Notes: generated by a model not told the origin, from the sequence alone. Counted from the stretch's first letter, positions 19,430-30,477 are shown. The stretch: 64,000 nt of DNA from Clostridia bacterium (GCA_050950825.1 JBMNIH010000002.1:288001-352000), one strand, 5' to 3'. Numbers and translations are program-made.

Positions 19430-21169
19430 TCAATCCGTTCCTTTGGTTTCAAAAACCAATGCGGCATACAAAGATGCGGTCCAGCCGTAATCTCTAATGG
19501 ATTGCATTCTTATTTTGAAATTATACGGTTCGATAGGTTTTCCCTTTCGATTCAATTTGGCAGGGGATGTTCTGTTCGTACTGTCATAGTATTCATACAG
19601 ACAACCGTCGTGTTTGTACCAAAAAGCAATGGCATCGATGGTTTTTTGTGCAATGCTTTTTGCAAGCTCAGCATATCCGTAGTCCTTTAATCCCCGGATT
19701 ATCATGTAATTGTAATTGATCCACACCGGTCCTCGCCACATATCCGTACCGAAGGTAGGATCGTCCTTCGATACGCACGGTATCGGAAGCTCCGTATTAA
19801 AGGAATTATCATCCGTTAAATGGTTATACAGGCATTTCGCTCTGGAGGTATCGCATATTCCTGCAAACAACGGAAGAAAGGAAGCCACGGTTTTTACCTT
19901 TTTAAACCTTCCGTTTGAAAGGATTCGATCGTAATAGAATTTATCTTCTTCGTCCCATAAATAATCATTGACCGCATTTTTTATATCCTTGTAAACTCCA
20001 TTCCAGTATTTCGCATCGGAAAACTTGGCTAATGCCAAAGCCATTTTCTCCATGCATCTAGCCTCGTTCGCCATAAAGCATGAAAAATCGATACAATCCA
20101 TCTCAACAACGCCATCGAACCTCGGAGAATTATCCATACCGCTTTCGTCGCATCGGCATACGATACTATCCTTGTTTACTTTCCATTCGAATAGTCGATT
20201 CTTGTTGGTATCTCGGTTTTCCATATTCCATTTCAAGTAGTTTTCCAACCGTTCATACGCTTCTTCTAAAAAACCTTTATCATGAAAATGTTCATACAAG
20301 TCATATACGCCCCAAGCCAACACGGGTGGCTGGGTAATACGGGAGCGTTCTCCCGTTGATACCGCCATATGAGGAATAAAGCCGTCTTCTTCCTGAGTCG
20401 TTAAGACCGCCCGAATGCTGTCATAAGCGAGCTCCTTGGAAATATGCTTGTTTCCGAAGGAATGAAACACCGAGTCCCACAGCCATATCTTTTTATGGGG
20501 CAATCGATCCGGTGTCGTCCACATGGTATTAAATATACCCTCGGGCGAATATACTTGTGATTTCATAACCGAGAAGCTTTTGTAAAGCGTCATTTCCGTA
20601 TCTTCATCGAGACCTTCAATCTTCGGAAGCTTTTCAAAAAAGCCGATCTTTTTCTTGGACTCATTTTCTACATCGGCTTCCATTGCTTTCTTTAACTTAT
20701 TTATTGCATCCTCTTCCGATACCTTGCTGTACGATAAAGCGAATCGAATACTATCGTCTTCTTCTTTTTTGGTAAAAGCAAAGGTTTCTCTATCGAATAT
20801 GAATACATTCATTTCGTGGTTGACTTTTACGTTATTCGATCCCGGAGAAAACACGTAAGGAACGGCGCACTTGGGTGCCAAACCGATGACGGTATTTTCC
20901 GTATGGAATAAAAATACCAAAGGCAGCTTCCGTCCGGTTTTTCGATGCAAGACATGCATCTTAACGATATCGGATGCAACCGACTCGTATTCAATATCGC
21001 CGATGTCTTTAAAGTAAAACCCTAAAACGATATGATCGCTCGCGTGAAAAATGACACCGTTCATATCACCGCAAAGAGTACCCGTCAAACTGTTTTCATA
21101 TGTATTAACGCCATCCAAACCGGAAAATGCAAACAAGCTTCCCTGGCCCCAAATATTCGGTAAAACCAT
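19430..21169 (-). CDS. GH63-like (alpha/alpha)6 glycoside hydrolase (trehalase/amylo-alpha-1,6-glucosidase superfamily)
   Basis: Motifs WLWDSVFH, TQPPVLAW, ESGMDNSPRFD, MWRGPVW, EYYD and YGWTA. Confidence 0.88.
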   Translation of the reverse strand: MVLPNIWGQGSLFAFSGLDGVNTYENSLTGTLCGDMNGVIFHASDHIVLGFYFKDIGDIEYESVASDIVKMHVLHRKTGRKLPLVFLFHTENTVIGLAPKCAVPYVFSPGSNNVKVNHEMNVFIFDRETFAFTKKEEDDSIRFALSYSKVSEEDAINKLKKAMEADVENESKKKIGFFEKLPKIEGLDEDTEMTLYKSFSVMKSQVYSPEGIFNTMWTTPDRLPHKKIWLWDSVFHSFGNKHISKELAYDSIRAVLTTQEEDGFIPHMAVSTGERSRITQPPVLAWGVYDLYEHFHDKGFLEEAYERLENYLKWNMENRDTNKNRLFEWKVNKDSIVCRCDESGMDNSPRFDGVVEMDCIDFSCFMANEARCMEKMALALAKFSDAKYWNGVYKDIKNAVNDYLWDEEDKFYYDRILSNGRFKKVKTVASFLPLFAGICDTSRAKCLYNHLTDDNSFNTELPIPCVSKDDPTFGTDMWRGPVWINYNYMIIRGLKDYGYAELAKSIAQKTIDAIAFWYKHDGCLYEYYDSTNRTSPAKLNRKGKPIEPYNFKIRMQSIRDYGWTASLYAALVFETKGTD

Positions 21170-21524
21170 GCGTATACCTCCCTTAGAAAATGTCTTCATT
21201 CCATCCATAGTCTCATTTTTTAATCGGTTTTGAACCGACAGAAATAATGCCGTTTAATCGTTAGCGAAATATTAAAGATCCGATTTACTCTTTTTTTGCC
21301 TTTGAATACCGTGACGTATACAGGACTTATGCCTTTGATACGAGGTTTTCCGAAAACTCCGTTTGAAACGGATACTTGAATAGTCGTATGCATACCGATA
21401 ATCCGGGGCGGCGGTAAAATGTGATCTTTCACTACCGTATCGGAAAACGTGGAATGCATCCTATCGGTCAAAATCGGACAATCGAGACCCGATAAAAGAA
21501 TCTCGCTTGCATCGTACAATATTA

Positions 21525-23405
21525 TTAATCTTTAAAGATTCGAACACGGAAGCTTCCTTCTTTAGGAACGGTCCTTGTTATGACCATTCGGTATAGTCCT
21601 TCATCTCCCCAAACCGACTTTAAGCGCTCATCCGAGACATCGCAATGCTCGATGGCCGTTTTCGTATTTTTCTTATCGTATTCCATGAAAAACCATGTAT
21701 TTGCATCGATTGAAACCCGAACAAGTTCGGTCATGTCGCATCCGTCGTCTATAACCGCCGGCTTTTTCCACATCATAAAGTTTAAGCTTATTACGTTGTT
21801 TTCATTTTCAAAAGAGAAGGTATCCGTAATTTCGATAGATGATTTTTCGTCCGGGTTTTTCCCTCGATTCATACGATATGTTCGGTTATAATATTGGACT
21901 TGTGCCGCTTTCGGATAAGCGTTTTGAATGTCTAAGGAAAACGTAACGGCTTCATCCGTCCTTGAATAAAGTACGTTCGATGCACCGTATTCCCTGCCCG
22001 GCCGTTGCATGATTCCGTTTATAGTAGGGACATTGTGATATTGAGACTGCATCGTCCATATGTCATACCTTTGAGAACTGAAGGTTTTCTTTGTATAGGT
22101 TTCCACCCCGATATCAATGATTCCGGGTAATCCGTCTACAAATACAATACAGGAACCTACATCGTTATGGTTGTGGCTTTCGTCGTTGTGTCCCCCCTTA
22201 GCCGCCAAATAGAGTCCGGCCGATGAACCTTCTTTCTCTCGAGCCGCCATAACCTGTATACCGTCCATCCACACATCCTTCAAATAGGGAGGCTCCGATT
22301 TATAACTTGTCAGCTCTCCGAAATTGAAAACCGCCGGAAGAGCGCGTCGGAGAGCTTCCGCGCAAAAACAGGCACTTGAAGGTACACCTGCGGCAAACGA
22401 TACCATATTCTCATCTTGTATTCTTTTGCCGTATAGATAAATCATATCTTTTGCAACATTGATCTTTGCACTGCCGTCGGCAAAGTTTATAAAATATTGA
22501 TCGGCTATATGACAACGATATATGAAACGACCGATTTGACGCACCAAATTGTCCGAGAAGAAATCGATTTTACCGTCGGAAGCCAAGTACAGTTGATCAA
22601 GACAGTCGAATAAGGCTCCTCCTGCTACACCCCAATAGGTTGTACCTTCATCGCATCCTCCGTCATCGTGGTAAGTGTCCATAAAGGAGTCCAGACATCT
22701 TAACATTTTTTCTAAAGCCTTTGCCCTTCTTATTTGGTCATATTCATTAAGCAGAAAAACACTCATCACGTTTGCAATTATCCACGGAGTCCAATTGTTA
22801 ACCTTCTTCGTTGTCACGCCCATCCACCAAAAATCTTCTCGATGAATAAAGGGCTTTTTTATACGATCCTCCAATTCGATATCAATTCTCCGAGTTATTC
22901 GCGGGGTTACCTTGTTCAGTTCATCCGAAAGCAGGTATTTTGTCCATGCCAAAAGCGCCCCCGTTTCGGCTGCAAACAAGTCGATGTATCTGTCTTCCAC
23001 ATCGGGCAATGGCTCGACGGGTCTTACACCGTTATGGGCCGATATTCCCCAGAAGGATTCCTCACAAATGCACCAGATACCGTTGATAATATCGTCGATA
23101 AATCTTCCTTTTCCTTCTACGCATTCGCCCAATACCAAGGCCGCTAATGCCTTTCTTCTTGGAAAGTGATTGTCCTCATAGGCTTTTCTGTCGCCGGTTC
23201 TCATGAAAGCCATAAAATCAACCGCAGTAAGAGTCGGCCATTGAAACCCGAGGTATTTCTCCGCTTCCGCTATGCAAATATTCGCCGCTTCGTCCGAAAC
23301 ATTCTCCCACTTTTCTCTTTCCGTTGCCGTAGGATACGGATGATAATCGTGAACATTTTTTATGAGGTCCGTAATTTGATTGCTTTTTAGCCATTCGGTG
23401 AACAT
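21525..23405 (-). CDS. Heparinase II/III family protein (cytoplasmic)
   Basis: Motifs IDLFAAETG, NNWTPWI, DGGCDEG, AKGGHNDESHNHNDVG and YHNVP; no signal peptide. Confidence 0.88.
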   Translation of the reverse strand: MFTEWLKSNQITDLIKNVHDYHPYPTATEREKWENVSDEAANICIAEAEKYLGFQWPTLTAVDFMAFMRTGDRKAYEDNHFPRRKALAALVLGECVEGKGRFIDDIINGIWCICEESFWGISAHNGVRPVEPLPDVEDRYIDLFAAETGALLAWTKYLLSDELNKVTPRITRRIDIELEDRIKKPFIHREDFWWMGVTTKKVNNWTPWIIANVMSVFLLNEYDQIRRAKALEKMLRCLDSFMDTYHDDGGCDEGTTYWGVAGGALFDCLDQLYLASDGKIDFFSDNLVRQIGRFIYRCHIADQYFINFADGSAKINVAKDMIYLYGKRIQDENMVSFAAGVPSSACFCAEALRRALPAVFNFGELTSYKSEPPYLKDVWMDGIQVMAAREKEGSSAGLYLAAKGGHNDESHNHNDVGSCIVFVDGLPGIIDIGVETYTKKTFSSQRYDIWTMQSQYHNVPTINGIMQRPGREYGASNVLYSRTDEAVTFSLDIQNAYPKAAQVQYYNRTYRMNRGKNPDEKSSIEITDTFSFENENNVISLNFMMWKKPAVIDDGCDMTELVRVSIDANTWFFMEYDKKNTKTAIEHCDVSDERLKSVWGDEGLYRMVITRTVPKEGSFRVRIFKD

Positions 23406-23676
23406 GGGGTATCGGCTCCTTTTTATAAAAGTAGGTCTTTCATAATGATTATATATTTTTGAATCGTTATTTATCAATGTGTGTGCCAAAATTATAAAGC
23501 TTTAACAACACATAGAAAAAGATCATTTACGTTTAAATCCATGCCAATACCATATACAACAAAACTTTTAAAAGCAAATAGACCTTTGTAATCGGCTATT
23601 TTCAAGGATTTCAAAGATCTTTTCGCTCTTATGGACTGTTAAATTTATAGGTGGTAATAATCCATTGATTTGTTAC

Positions 23677-25222
23677 TTACTCATGTTCCTTTTTCGGTGA
23701 CATCATCGCAATTTTGATTTTTTCTCGTAAAGCATCCGTGTCCGATAAATTATATAGCTTTAAGTATTCATTATATGAACCGGTCTTGTTACGAATATAG
23801 GAATCGATACCGGATATCAAGCGATATCGCTCATCCAAAAAATCAATTGCTTCGGAATCACTATTTCTTAGCTCGTTTATGGCCATTATTAATGCTTGAA
23901 AATTGCTTTCATACTCGTAAGCACTCTTATTCATTCCCTGAGCCGAAACATATTCGCTTAAAAAAGAATTCCATAAACCGAAATCGTGAGTCAATTTCGG
24001 TTCTATATACGGATTCTCAAATCTTAATACTTCAAAATTATACATATTATTATGCTCTATACCATTTGGGGTGTTACTATAGTTTCGATTCTCAATTCCG
24101 TAACGAAACAGAATATAATTATCTTGGTCCCACTCCAAAACGTGTAAGAAAATCAATGCCGCATCGATGTTTTCGCAGGTCGAACTAATAAAATATTTGG
24201 GTTCGTACCGAAGAACGCCGTAAGGAGCATTGGTTTTGATCGGCATCACGGTGTAGGATTGCGTGAAGTTTGCGGTGTTGCTATATATCTGCTTTCGGAA
24301 AGACGAATAGGACACAAGCTCTATAACCGGAGCAACCGGAGGCTTTACCTGCTTTGTCGCTCCGTAACTTGAGTTTTTATATTTCACAGGGTCCGTCCAA
24401 CCCTCATCCCACCGGAACGTTCGATACTCCAAAGTCCCTAGCGTAGCGTAAATTTTCTCGGCATATTCGAATGCATCGATAAACAAATCATTATCCTCAA
24501 AAAACGTCAATTTATCATTGTCAAGAAGAATATTGTACGACCTTAACATGAGCGGAAGTCCGTTGTCGTAGAGAATAAGCCGGGAAATGAAATCGAAATT
24601 AATAATTCCGTAATAGCCGCTATCGATGTGATTGTTCAACTCCAAGTAAATGTCCGCTACTTCATCTAAGGTCAAATAGCGATTCTTATCTTCTATTTCA
24701 TAAAAGTCGTTATGAATCACAAGAGTAAATAGATTATATACAGGGCTTTGGCATCCGGGTATTGCCATGATCCTTCCCTCGTATGTAATTTCTTCGGATA
24801 AGCCGGGGTCTCATTCGAGCATCATACGAATTTCCGGATAAAAGCTGTTAACGTAATCCGTTATGTCCGCTGCATAACCCTTATCCATGATTCGGTACTT
24901 AAGATCAAGCCCGGTTACGTTCGCCACATAAATGTCGGTGTTATCTCCCGAAGATAATCGCAAATCCATCACCGTACTTTTTTCTTATGGACTCCGTTAA
25001 TTCCTCTATTCGCATATCAAAATCCGCAAATGCTTCTTTCGTACCGCCGGGGTAAAGATATAGAAACAAAAGCTCCTTTGTCTGATCGATTGGGTATGTA
25101 GATTCCGAAACATTATCGGAAGTGTTTTCGGTGATTAACGGGCTATTTTCGGAACATGAGGCACCAATCAGGATGAAAAATATAATGACAAGAATTAAAA
25201 ACCGTTTAATTCTTTTATCCAC
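23677..25222 (-). pseudogene. Solute-binding lipoprotein paralog disrupted by a frameshift and an in-frame TGA
   Basis: The lipoprotein N-terminus (IGASC, 24941..25222) shifts frame near 24960. The new frame reads TDIYVANV...YAADITDYV...MLE* (TGA 24811-24813), then continues as ORF 23677..24768 (AALIFLHVL, YGIENRNY). Confidence 0.72.
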
Positions 25223-25798
25223 CTTTTACACCTCCTAATTTATATTTCACAATATAATTATAATATAAAAATGAAGAAATGTATAATTCATACACTGTCC
25301 GGAATCCGATTTAAAAATGAACTTATTCCGTCTTTCTGTGCTTTTGCCTGTATTTCATAATCTACGCCTTTTTTTCCGTTGCCGATTTATATGTAATCTA
25401 TATATAATACACACCACATATAAAATCATAAATATTATTTCATACTTGGTAAGTATTGTATTTGTCAATTTTGTATGATGCATGACAAAAATTCGATATA
25501 ATTATTAAATTAATGGAATTTTACTCACCGATTCCATTTACTCAAAAAACCGTGCGCTTAAATAAAAATCATTTCTCGGAAAAGAAATATAATTTCGCAA
25601 AACGAATTATTTCTGTTCGTAATTTTCAAAATTATTCAATCGTCAAAAAGATTTCTTGTCAATATTATATTATTTTCTTCTTGATTTCGTAAGGAAAGTA
25701 GCGCGAAGAGGCATAAAAATCGTCAAAAATCCTTTATAATGGAACTATAGAAATTTTCGTATCTAGAAAATCCATATAGAACCGAACGAGGTGATGAA

Positions 25799-26392
25799 AT
25801 GGAGCAAAACCCGTGGAATGCGGCAAAAGAATCGTTGCAAATAGAAATACAAGCATTGAATTTTTTGTCGGAATACATGGACCATGATGCCTTTGAGCAA
25901 GCTACGGATGCATTGGCAAGCGGACAAAAGATCATCACATGCGCCAGCGGTACTTCCGGTATAGCGGCAAAAAAGTTTGCTCATTCTTTATGCTGTATTG
26001 AAAAAAACGCCATGTTTTTGCCGCCTTGCGAAGCATTGCATGGAGGATTAGGTGCCTTAAAGAAAGAAGATGTTATGGTCATGGTATCAAGAGGAGGCAA
26101 AACCGCCGAGTTGCTACCGATCATTGATGTATGCAATAAAAAGGGGGCTGTTTTAATCGGGGTAACGGAGAATTTGGAATCGCCATTGGGCAAAAAGTCG
26201 GATATTGTTTTGCCCGTAAAGATCGAAAAGGAAAGCGATCCTACCGGTTTAATGGCAACCGCAAGCTTTATCGTGACCGTGGCTCTTTTTGATGCCTTAT
26301 TGTCTGCATTAATAGTTAAAACCGGCTATACTCGAGAGCAATTCGGTCTGATCCACCCCGGAGGAGCCGTGGGTCAGCTGTTGAACAAATAA
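25799..26392 (+). CDS. SIS-domain sugar-phosphate isomerase (KpsF/GutQ-like, no CBS)
   Basis: Motifs SGTSGIAAKK, EALHGGLG, SRGGKTAEL and HPGGAVG. Confidence 0.9.
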   Translation: MEQNPWNAAKESLQIEIQALNFLSEYMDHDAFEQATDALASGQKIITCASGTSGIAAKKFAHSLCCIEKNAMFLPPCEALHGGLGALKKEDVMVMVSRGGKTAELLPIIDVCNKKGAVLIGVTENLESPLGKKSDIVLPVKIEKESDPTGLMATASFIVTVALFDALLSALIVKTGYTREQFGLIHPGGAVGQLLNK

Positions 26393-26407
26393 AAAAGGAG
26401 ACGGAGC

Positions 26408-27109
26408 ATGTATAAAGGAATAAATATAAAACCGCCTTTTTTTGAAATAGGTCCGAAAGCCTATCTATACGGCGAAGAAATGTTGGCTTTGGCTAAAGTT
26501 ATTGATAAAACGGCCATCAAGTACGATGTAGATATTATAGTCACGCCCCAAGCCGTGGATATCCGATTGCTGGCGGAAAATACCGAGCGAATATTGGTGT
26601 TTGCACAGCACATGGACTATTTAAGGCCGGGAAGAGGAATGGGAGCCATGCTGCCGGAAGCCGTAAAAGCCGCCGGAGCAAAAGGCGTGATGTTGAATCA
26701 TGCCGAACACAAATTAACCCCGGATGTGCTAGAGAAAACCATTCAAAGAGCGGACGAAGTCGGATTGGCTACCATTGTTTGCGCGGATACCGTGGAAGAG
26801 GTGAAAGCCATCGCACATATGGCTCCGAATATTATCGTTGCAGAACCGACGGAGCTCATCGGTACCGGACAAACCAGCAGCATGGAATATGTAAGGAAGA
26901 CCATAGAAACCGTAAGGCAAATCAACGAAGAAATTATGGTTCTGCAAGGAGCGGGAATCAAAAACGGTAACGACGTATACCGTGTGATTTCAAGCGGAGC
27001 CATGGCAACAGGAAGCACCAGCGGAATTATCTTGGCAAAAGATCCGTATGCCATGGTAGAAGAAATGATCTATAACCTGCGCTTGGCGTGGGATCGAATT
27101 CATAAATAA
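26408..27109 (+). CDS. Triose-phosphate isomerase family protein (short, archaeal-type)
   Basis: Motifs GPKAY, AQHMD, LNHAE, AEPTELIGTG and GAGI. Confidence 0.88.
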   Translation: MYKGINIKPPFFEIGPKAYLYGEEMLALAKVIDKTAIKYDVDIIVTPQAVDIRLLAENTERILVFAQHMDYLRPGRGMGAMLPEAVKAAGAKGVMLNHAEHKLTPDVLEKTIQRADEVGLATIVCADTVEEVKAIAHMAPNIIVAEPTELIGTGQTSSMEYVRKTIETVRQINEEIMVLQGAGIKNGNDVYRVISSGAMATGSTSGIILAKDPYAMVEEMIYNLRLAWDRIHK

Positions 27110-27132
27110 TTACTTTTTGGGAGGAAACGAAT

Positions 27133-27633
27133 ATGGCAGTTTACAGAGGAACCATCGAATTGCAATCAAGAGATCACAAACCGCATTTTCACAATGTCAC
27201 CGACAAAGTGAAGGAAATCGTAAAAGAATCGGGTATTAAAAACGGTATTGTGGTAGTGTATTCACACCATACCACCTGCTCGGTTATAACCCAGGAATGT
27301 TCGCATGACCTTACCTATTACGGAAGAGAATACTTGCAACAGGATTTAATCAATATCATGGAAAAATTAATTCCGACCTGCCAACACGAAGGTCAATACT
27401 TGCATCCGGGTCCGAAGCATATTGAATTTGCATTATCCATTCCCGGCGAAGTCGCCAAGGGAAGCCTTAACACGGACGCTCACTTACGTTCCTGTATATT
27501 CGGCCGTTCCGAAACCATCGTATTGGTTGACGGCGAATTGAGCCTTGGAGATTTCGGATTTATCTATTTCATCGATTGGGACCAGGTTCGTGAACGTAAA
27601 AGAGTGTGCGAGGTTCAAATTATAGGTGAATAA
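27133..27633 (+). CDS. yjbQ: YjbQ/UPF0047 family protein
   Basis: Motifs HHTTCSV, YLHPG, NTDAHLRS and GELSLG. Confidence 0.88.
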   Translation: MAVYRGTIELQSRDHKPHFHNVTDKVKEIVKESGIKNGIVVVYSHHTTCSVITQECSHDLTYYGREYLQQDLINIMEKLIPTCQHEGQYLHPGPKHIEFALSIPGEVAKGSLNTDAHLRSCIFGRSETIVLVDGELSLGDFGFIYFIDWDQVRERKRVCEVQIIGE

Positions 27634-27635
27634 AA

Positions 27636-29078
27636 ATGGAAAAAGAATTGAGAATCGGATGGTGTGAAAAAGATATAACGCCGGCTAAACCGGTGAGTTT
27701 ACTGGGACAGTTCTACAAAAGGGTATCGGAATATGTCCACTCCCCTATTACCGTAACCGTATTGGCCGTCGAGAACGGAGAAGACCAATTGGTCTTAGGT
27801 TCTTGCGATTTATGTTCCGTAACCGCCGATGTCATGGAAACGGTACGTGAAAGATTGGAAGGAAAATGCGACGGTTTGGACCTGTCTAAAATAATCTTAG
27901 GTGCAACCCATATTCATACCGGTCCGATCTTCGATTTAAAACCTCAAGAAGACCTTTTTGGCTTGCAGACCGCCGCAAGATATCTTCCGGAACACTTAAG
28001 GCCTCTTGCCGAAAAATACACCGACGATATGATGACACCTTATGAGTACGGAGTTTTCCTTGTTAATCGTATAGCGGAAGCCATCGAAGAAGCTTGGAAC
28101 AACCGTAAACCCGGCGGCTATGCTCCGGGTTTTGCCCGAGCGGTCGTAGGACATTGTCGTCGGACTACGTATTCGGACGGAACGGCAAAAATGTACGGAA
28201 GAACCGATACCGAAAATTTTGTATCTCTTGAAGGAGGAAACGATTCCGGTATTGAATTAATGTATATCTTTGATCGTCAAGAGCAATTGACCGGTATCGT
28301 TATTAACGTAGCATGCCCTTCCCAAGTAATCGAACACAAGAACGTTATTTCCGCAGACTATTGGGGAGAAGTGAAAAGATTGTTGCGGGAGAAATACGGA
28401 GATCATCTGTATGTTCTTCCCCAGTGCAGTGCCGCAGGGGATCAATCTCCCCGAGACCTTATACGGCGCTTCAAAAATACTCATGAAGCCGACTTTTATG
28501 ATTTTGAAGGATTGATCGAAATCGGCAAAAGAATTTCAAATGCGGTAATTCAGGAATACGACTATGCAAAGAACCGGATAACCTTCGATTCCGTAATATC
28601 GCATAAAGTGGAAATGATCGATTTTCCCACTCGAAGGGTAACGGAAGCGGAATACTTGGAAGCGAAAAAAAGCTTTGAGGCTTACGTAGCAACCCGACGG
28701 AACAAACGTTATGCGGCAGGCGAGATTTCATCGCTGCACGGATATGCCGGTATTATGCGCAGGTATGAAACGCAGGATGAGAATCCTTACTATCGTGCGG
28801 AAATTCATACGGCTCGCTTGGGTAATCTTGCTTTTGCAAGCAACCCCTTTGAATTGTTTTTAGATTACGGTTTGCAAATCAAGGCATTGAGTAAGGCAGA
28901 CCAAACATTCATCATACAGCTTGCCAACGACAGCGGTTCCTACTTACCCACGGAAAAGGCGGAAAAAGGCGGACATTACAGCGCCGTAGTTGCAAGCGGA
29001 AAAACAGGTCATGAAGGAGGAGCCATTTTGGTGAACAAAACGTTGCAATCCATTAACGAAATGTTCACTCAACAATAA
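27636..29078 (+). CDS. Neutral/alkaline ceramidase-like metallohydrolase of unknown specificity
   Basis: Motifs DITP, ATHIHTGP, NVACP, SADY, AAGDQSP, PFELFLDYG and YLPT. Confidence 0.7.
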   Translation: MEKELRIGWCEKDITPAKPVSLLGQFYKRVSEYVHSPITVTVLAVENGEDQLVLGSCDLCSVTADVMETVRERLEGKCDGLDLSKIILGATHIHTGPIFDLKPQEDLFGLQTAARYLPEHLRPLAEKYTDDMMTPYEYGVFLVNRIAEAIEEAWNNRKPGGYAPGFARAVVGHCRRTTYSDGTAKMYGRTDTENFVSLEGGNDSGIELMYIFDRQEQLTGIVINVACPSQVIEHKNVISADYWGEVKRLLREKYGDHLYVLPQCSAAGDQSPRDLIRRFKNTHEADFYDFEGLIEIGKRISNAVIQEYDYAKNRITFDSVISHKVEMIDFPTRRVTEAEYLEAKKSFEAYVATRRNKRYAAGEISSLHGYAGIMRRYETQDENPYYRAEIHTARLGNLAFASNPFELFLDYGLQIKALSKADQTFIIQLANDSGSYLPTEKAEKGGHYSAVVASGKTGHEGGAILVNKTLQSINEMFTQQ

Positions 29079-29092
29079 AAAGGAGTCGAGAC

Positions 29093-30442
29093 ATGATAAA
29101 AGCAGGTTTTGTTGGATTCGGAGAAGTTAACACACCGAAAGAAATAATTATTAATAAGTGTGAAAGTGCCGCCAAATCCTTAAAGGATCAAGGCTTGGCA
29201 TTGGTTGAGGTGTTTCCCGTCTCGGACGATTACGAAGAAAACGATATCCGCCGGGCCATCAACATGTTAAGGGGTCAAGATTTTGATACGTTGATTCTCT
29301 GTGTTGCAGGGTGGATTCCCACCCATGCCGTGGTAAAAATAACGGAGGAGTTTAAGCATATTCCTATGGTGCTGTGGGGGTTGTGCGGCCGGTACGAGCA
29401 AGATCGACTTGTCACAACGGCGGACCAAGCGGGAACCACGGCTCTTCGAAAGGTTTTTGCCGATCTCGGATACTCTTTCATCTATGTATACGACATCATA
29501 GGAAAGCCGTCAAAAGCACCGAGGGTGGCAACCTTCTGCCAAGCGGTTACGGCTGCGAAAAAGCTAAGGCAATCCAAAGCCGGTATGATGGGATATCGGG
29601 ATATGTATCTATACGGCACTTTGTTCGACGGAGCATCGTTGAAAAAAACGGTAGGTCCGGAAATCGAAACGTTTGAAATGCTGGAAATGGTACAGCGATA
29701 TGAAAAGATATCCGAAGAAGACAAGCAAAATGTTGTGGATCAAGAAGTATCCAAATGGACTTTTTTGAAAAGCCCGGACCCGAATATGTTGCGAAAGGGC
29801 GCCGGCTATTACCTGGCATTGAAGCAAATTATACAAGAACGACGATACGAAGCCATCTCATTAAAAGACGTGGACGGCATGAAGAAGCTTTTGGGATTTC
29901 CGCCGGCCATGATATTCATGCTGTTGGCCGATACCTTGGGAATTTGCACCATTCCCGAAAACGATTCGTTAGGCTGCATCACGCAAATGATGATAAAGTT
30001 TGCTACGGGTCAAATCGGTGCGTATCTTGAATTCTATGAATTTATGGAAGACCGCGTTTTAGCCGGTGTTCCGGACTATATTCCCAAGGAAATTACCCAA
30101 GGGGAGACCACGGTGGTACCCGCCGCCTTCGGTGAGCTTTCCCAAGGCATCTTGAATGTATCCAAGGTGAAAACAGGACAATTGACTATGTGCAGATTGA
30201 CCAAAAATGACGACGGCTATGTAATGCACATGGTAAAAGGAGAAGGAATCACACCGAGAAAATGGGAAGAAGCGGGATGGACGCAGCCCGCACCTCAATT
30301 GCCCGGTTTGGAAATTTTATTGGACGATGTGGAAGGGTTTGCCGACAAAGTAATGAGCCAACACTATATCATCGCTTACGGTGATCAAACCCAAGTTCTG
30401 ACGGATTTGTGCCGTTTATTGGGCATCAAAATCCTTTCGTAA
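29093..30442 (+). CDS. L-fucose/L-arabinose isomerase family protein
   Basis: Overall family layout; END motif, GQLTMCRL and C-terminal QHYIIAYGD. Confidence 0.75.
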   Translation: MIKAGFVGFGEVNTPKEIIINKCESAAKSLKDQGLALVEVFPVSDDYEENDIRRAINMLRGQDFDTLILCVAGWIPTHAVVKITEEFKHIPMVLWGLCGRYEQDRLVTTADQAGTTALRKVFADLGYSFIYVYDIIGKPSKAPRVATFCQAVTAAKKLRQSKAGMMGYRDMYLYGTLFDGASLKKTVGPEIETFEMLEMVQRYEKISEEDKQNVVDQEVSKWTFLKSPDPNMLRKGAGYYLALKQIIQERRYEAISLKDVDGMKKLLGFPPAMIFMLLADTLGICTIPENDSLGCITQMMIKFATGQIGAYLEFYEFMEDRVLAGVPDYIPKEITQGETTVVPAAFGELSQGILNVSKVKTGQLTMCRLTKNDDGYVMHMVKGEGITPRKWEEAGWTQPAPQLPGLEILLDDVEGFADKVMSQHYIIAYGDQTQVLTDLCRLLGIKILS

Positions 30443-30477
30443 TACGATGTAAAGTTAAAAAACGAATGAAATTCAAG

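Noticed and set aside
21220-21519. 99-aa ORF filling the gap between the heparinase-like and GH63-like genes
   Set aside because: TTG start, no RBS and no motif. It cannot be excluded but is unsupported.
2566-24813. Stop-codon reassignment or selenocysteine readthrough as an explanation for the internal TAA (2566) and TGA (24811)
   Set aside because: All three stop codons terminate normal genes in this window, and the TGA-containing gene also has a frameshift. Ordinary decay is simpler.
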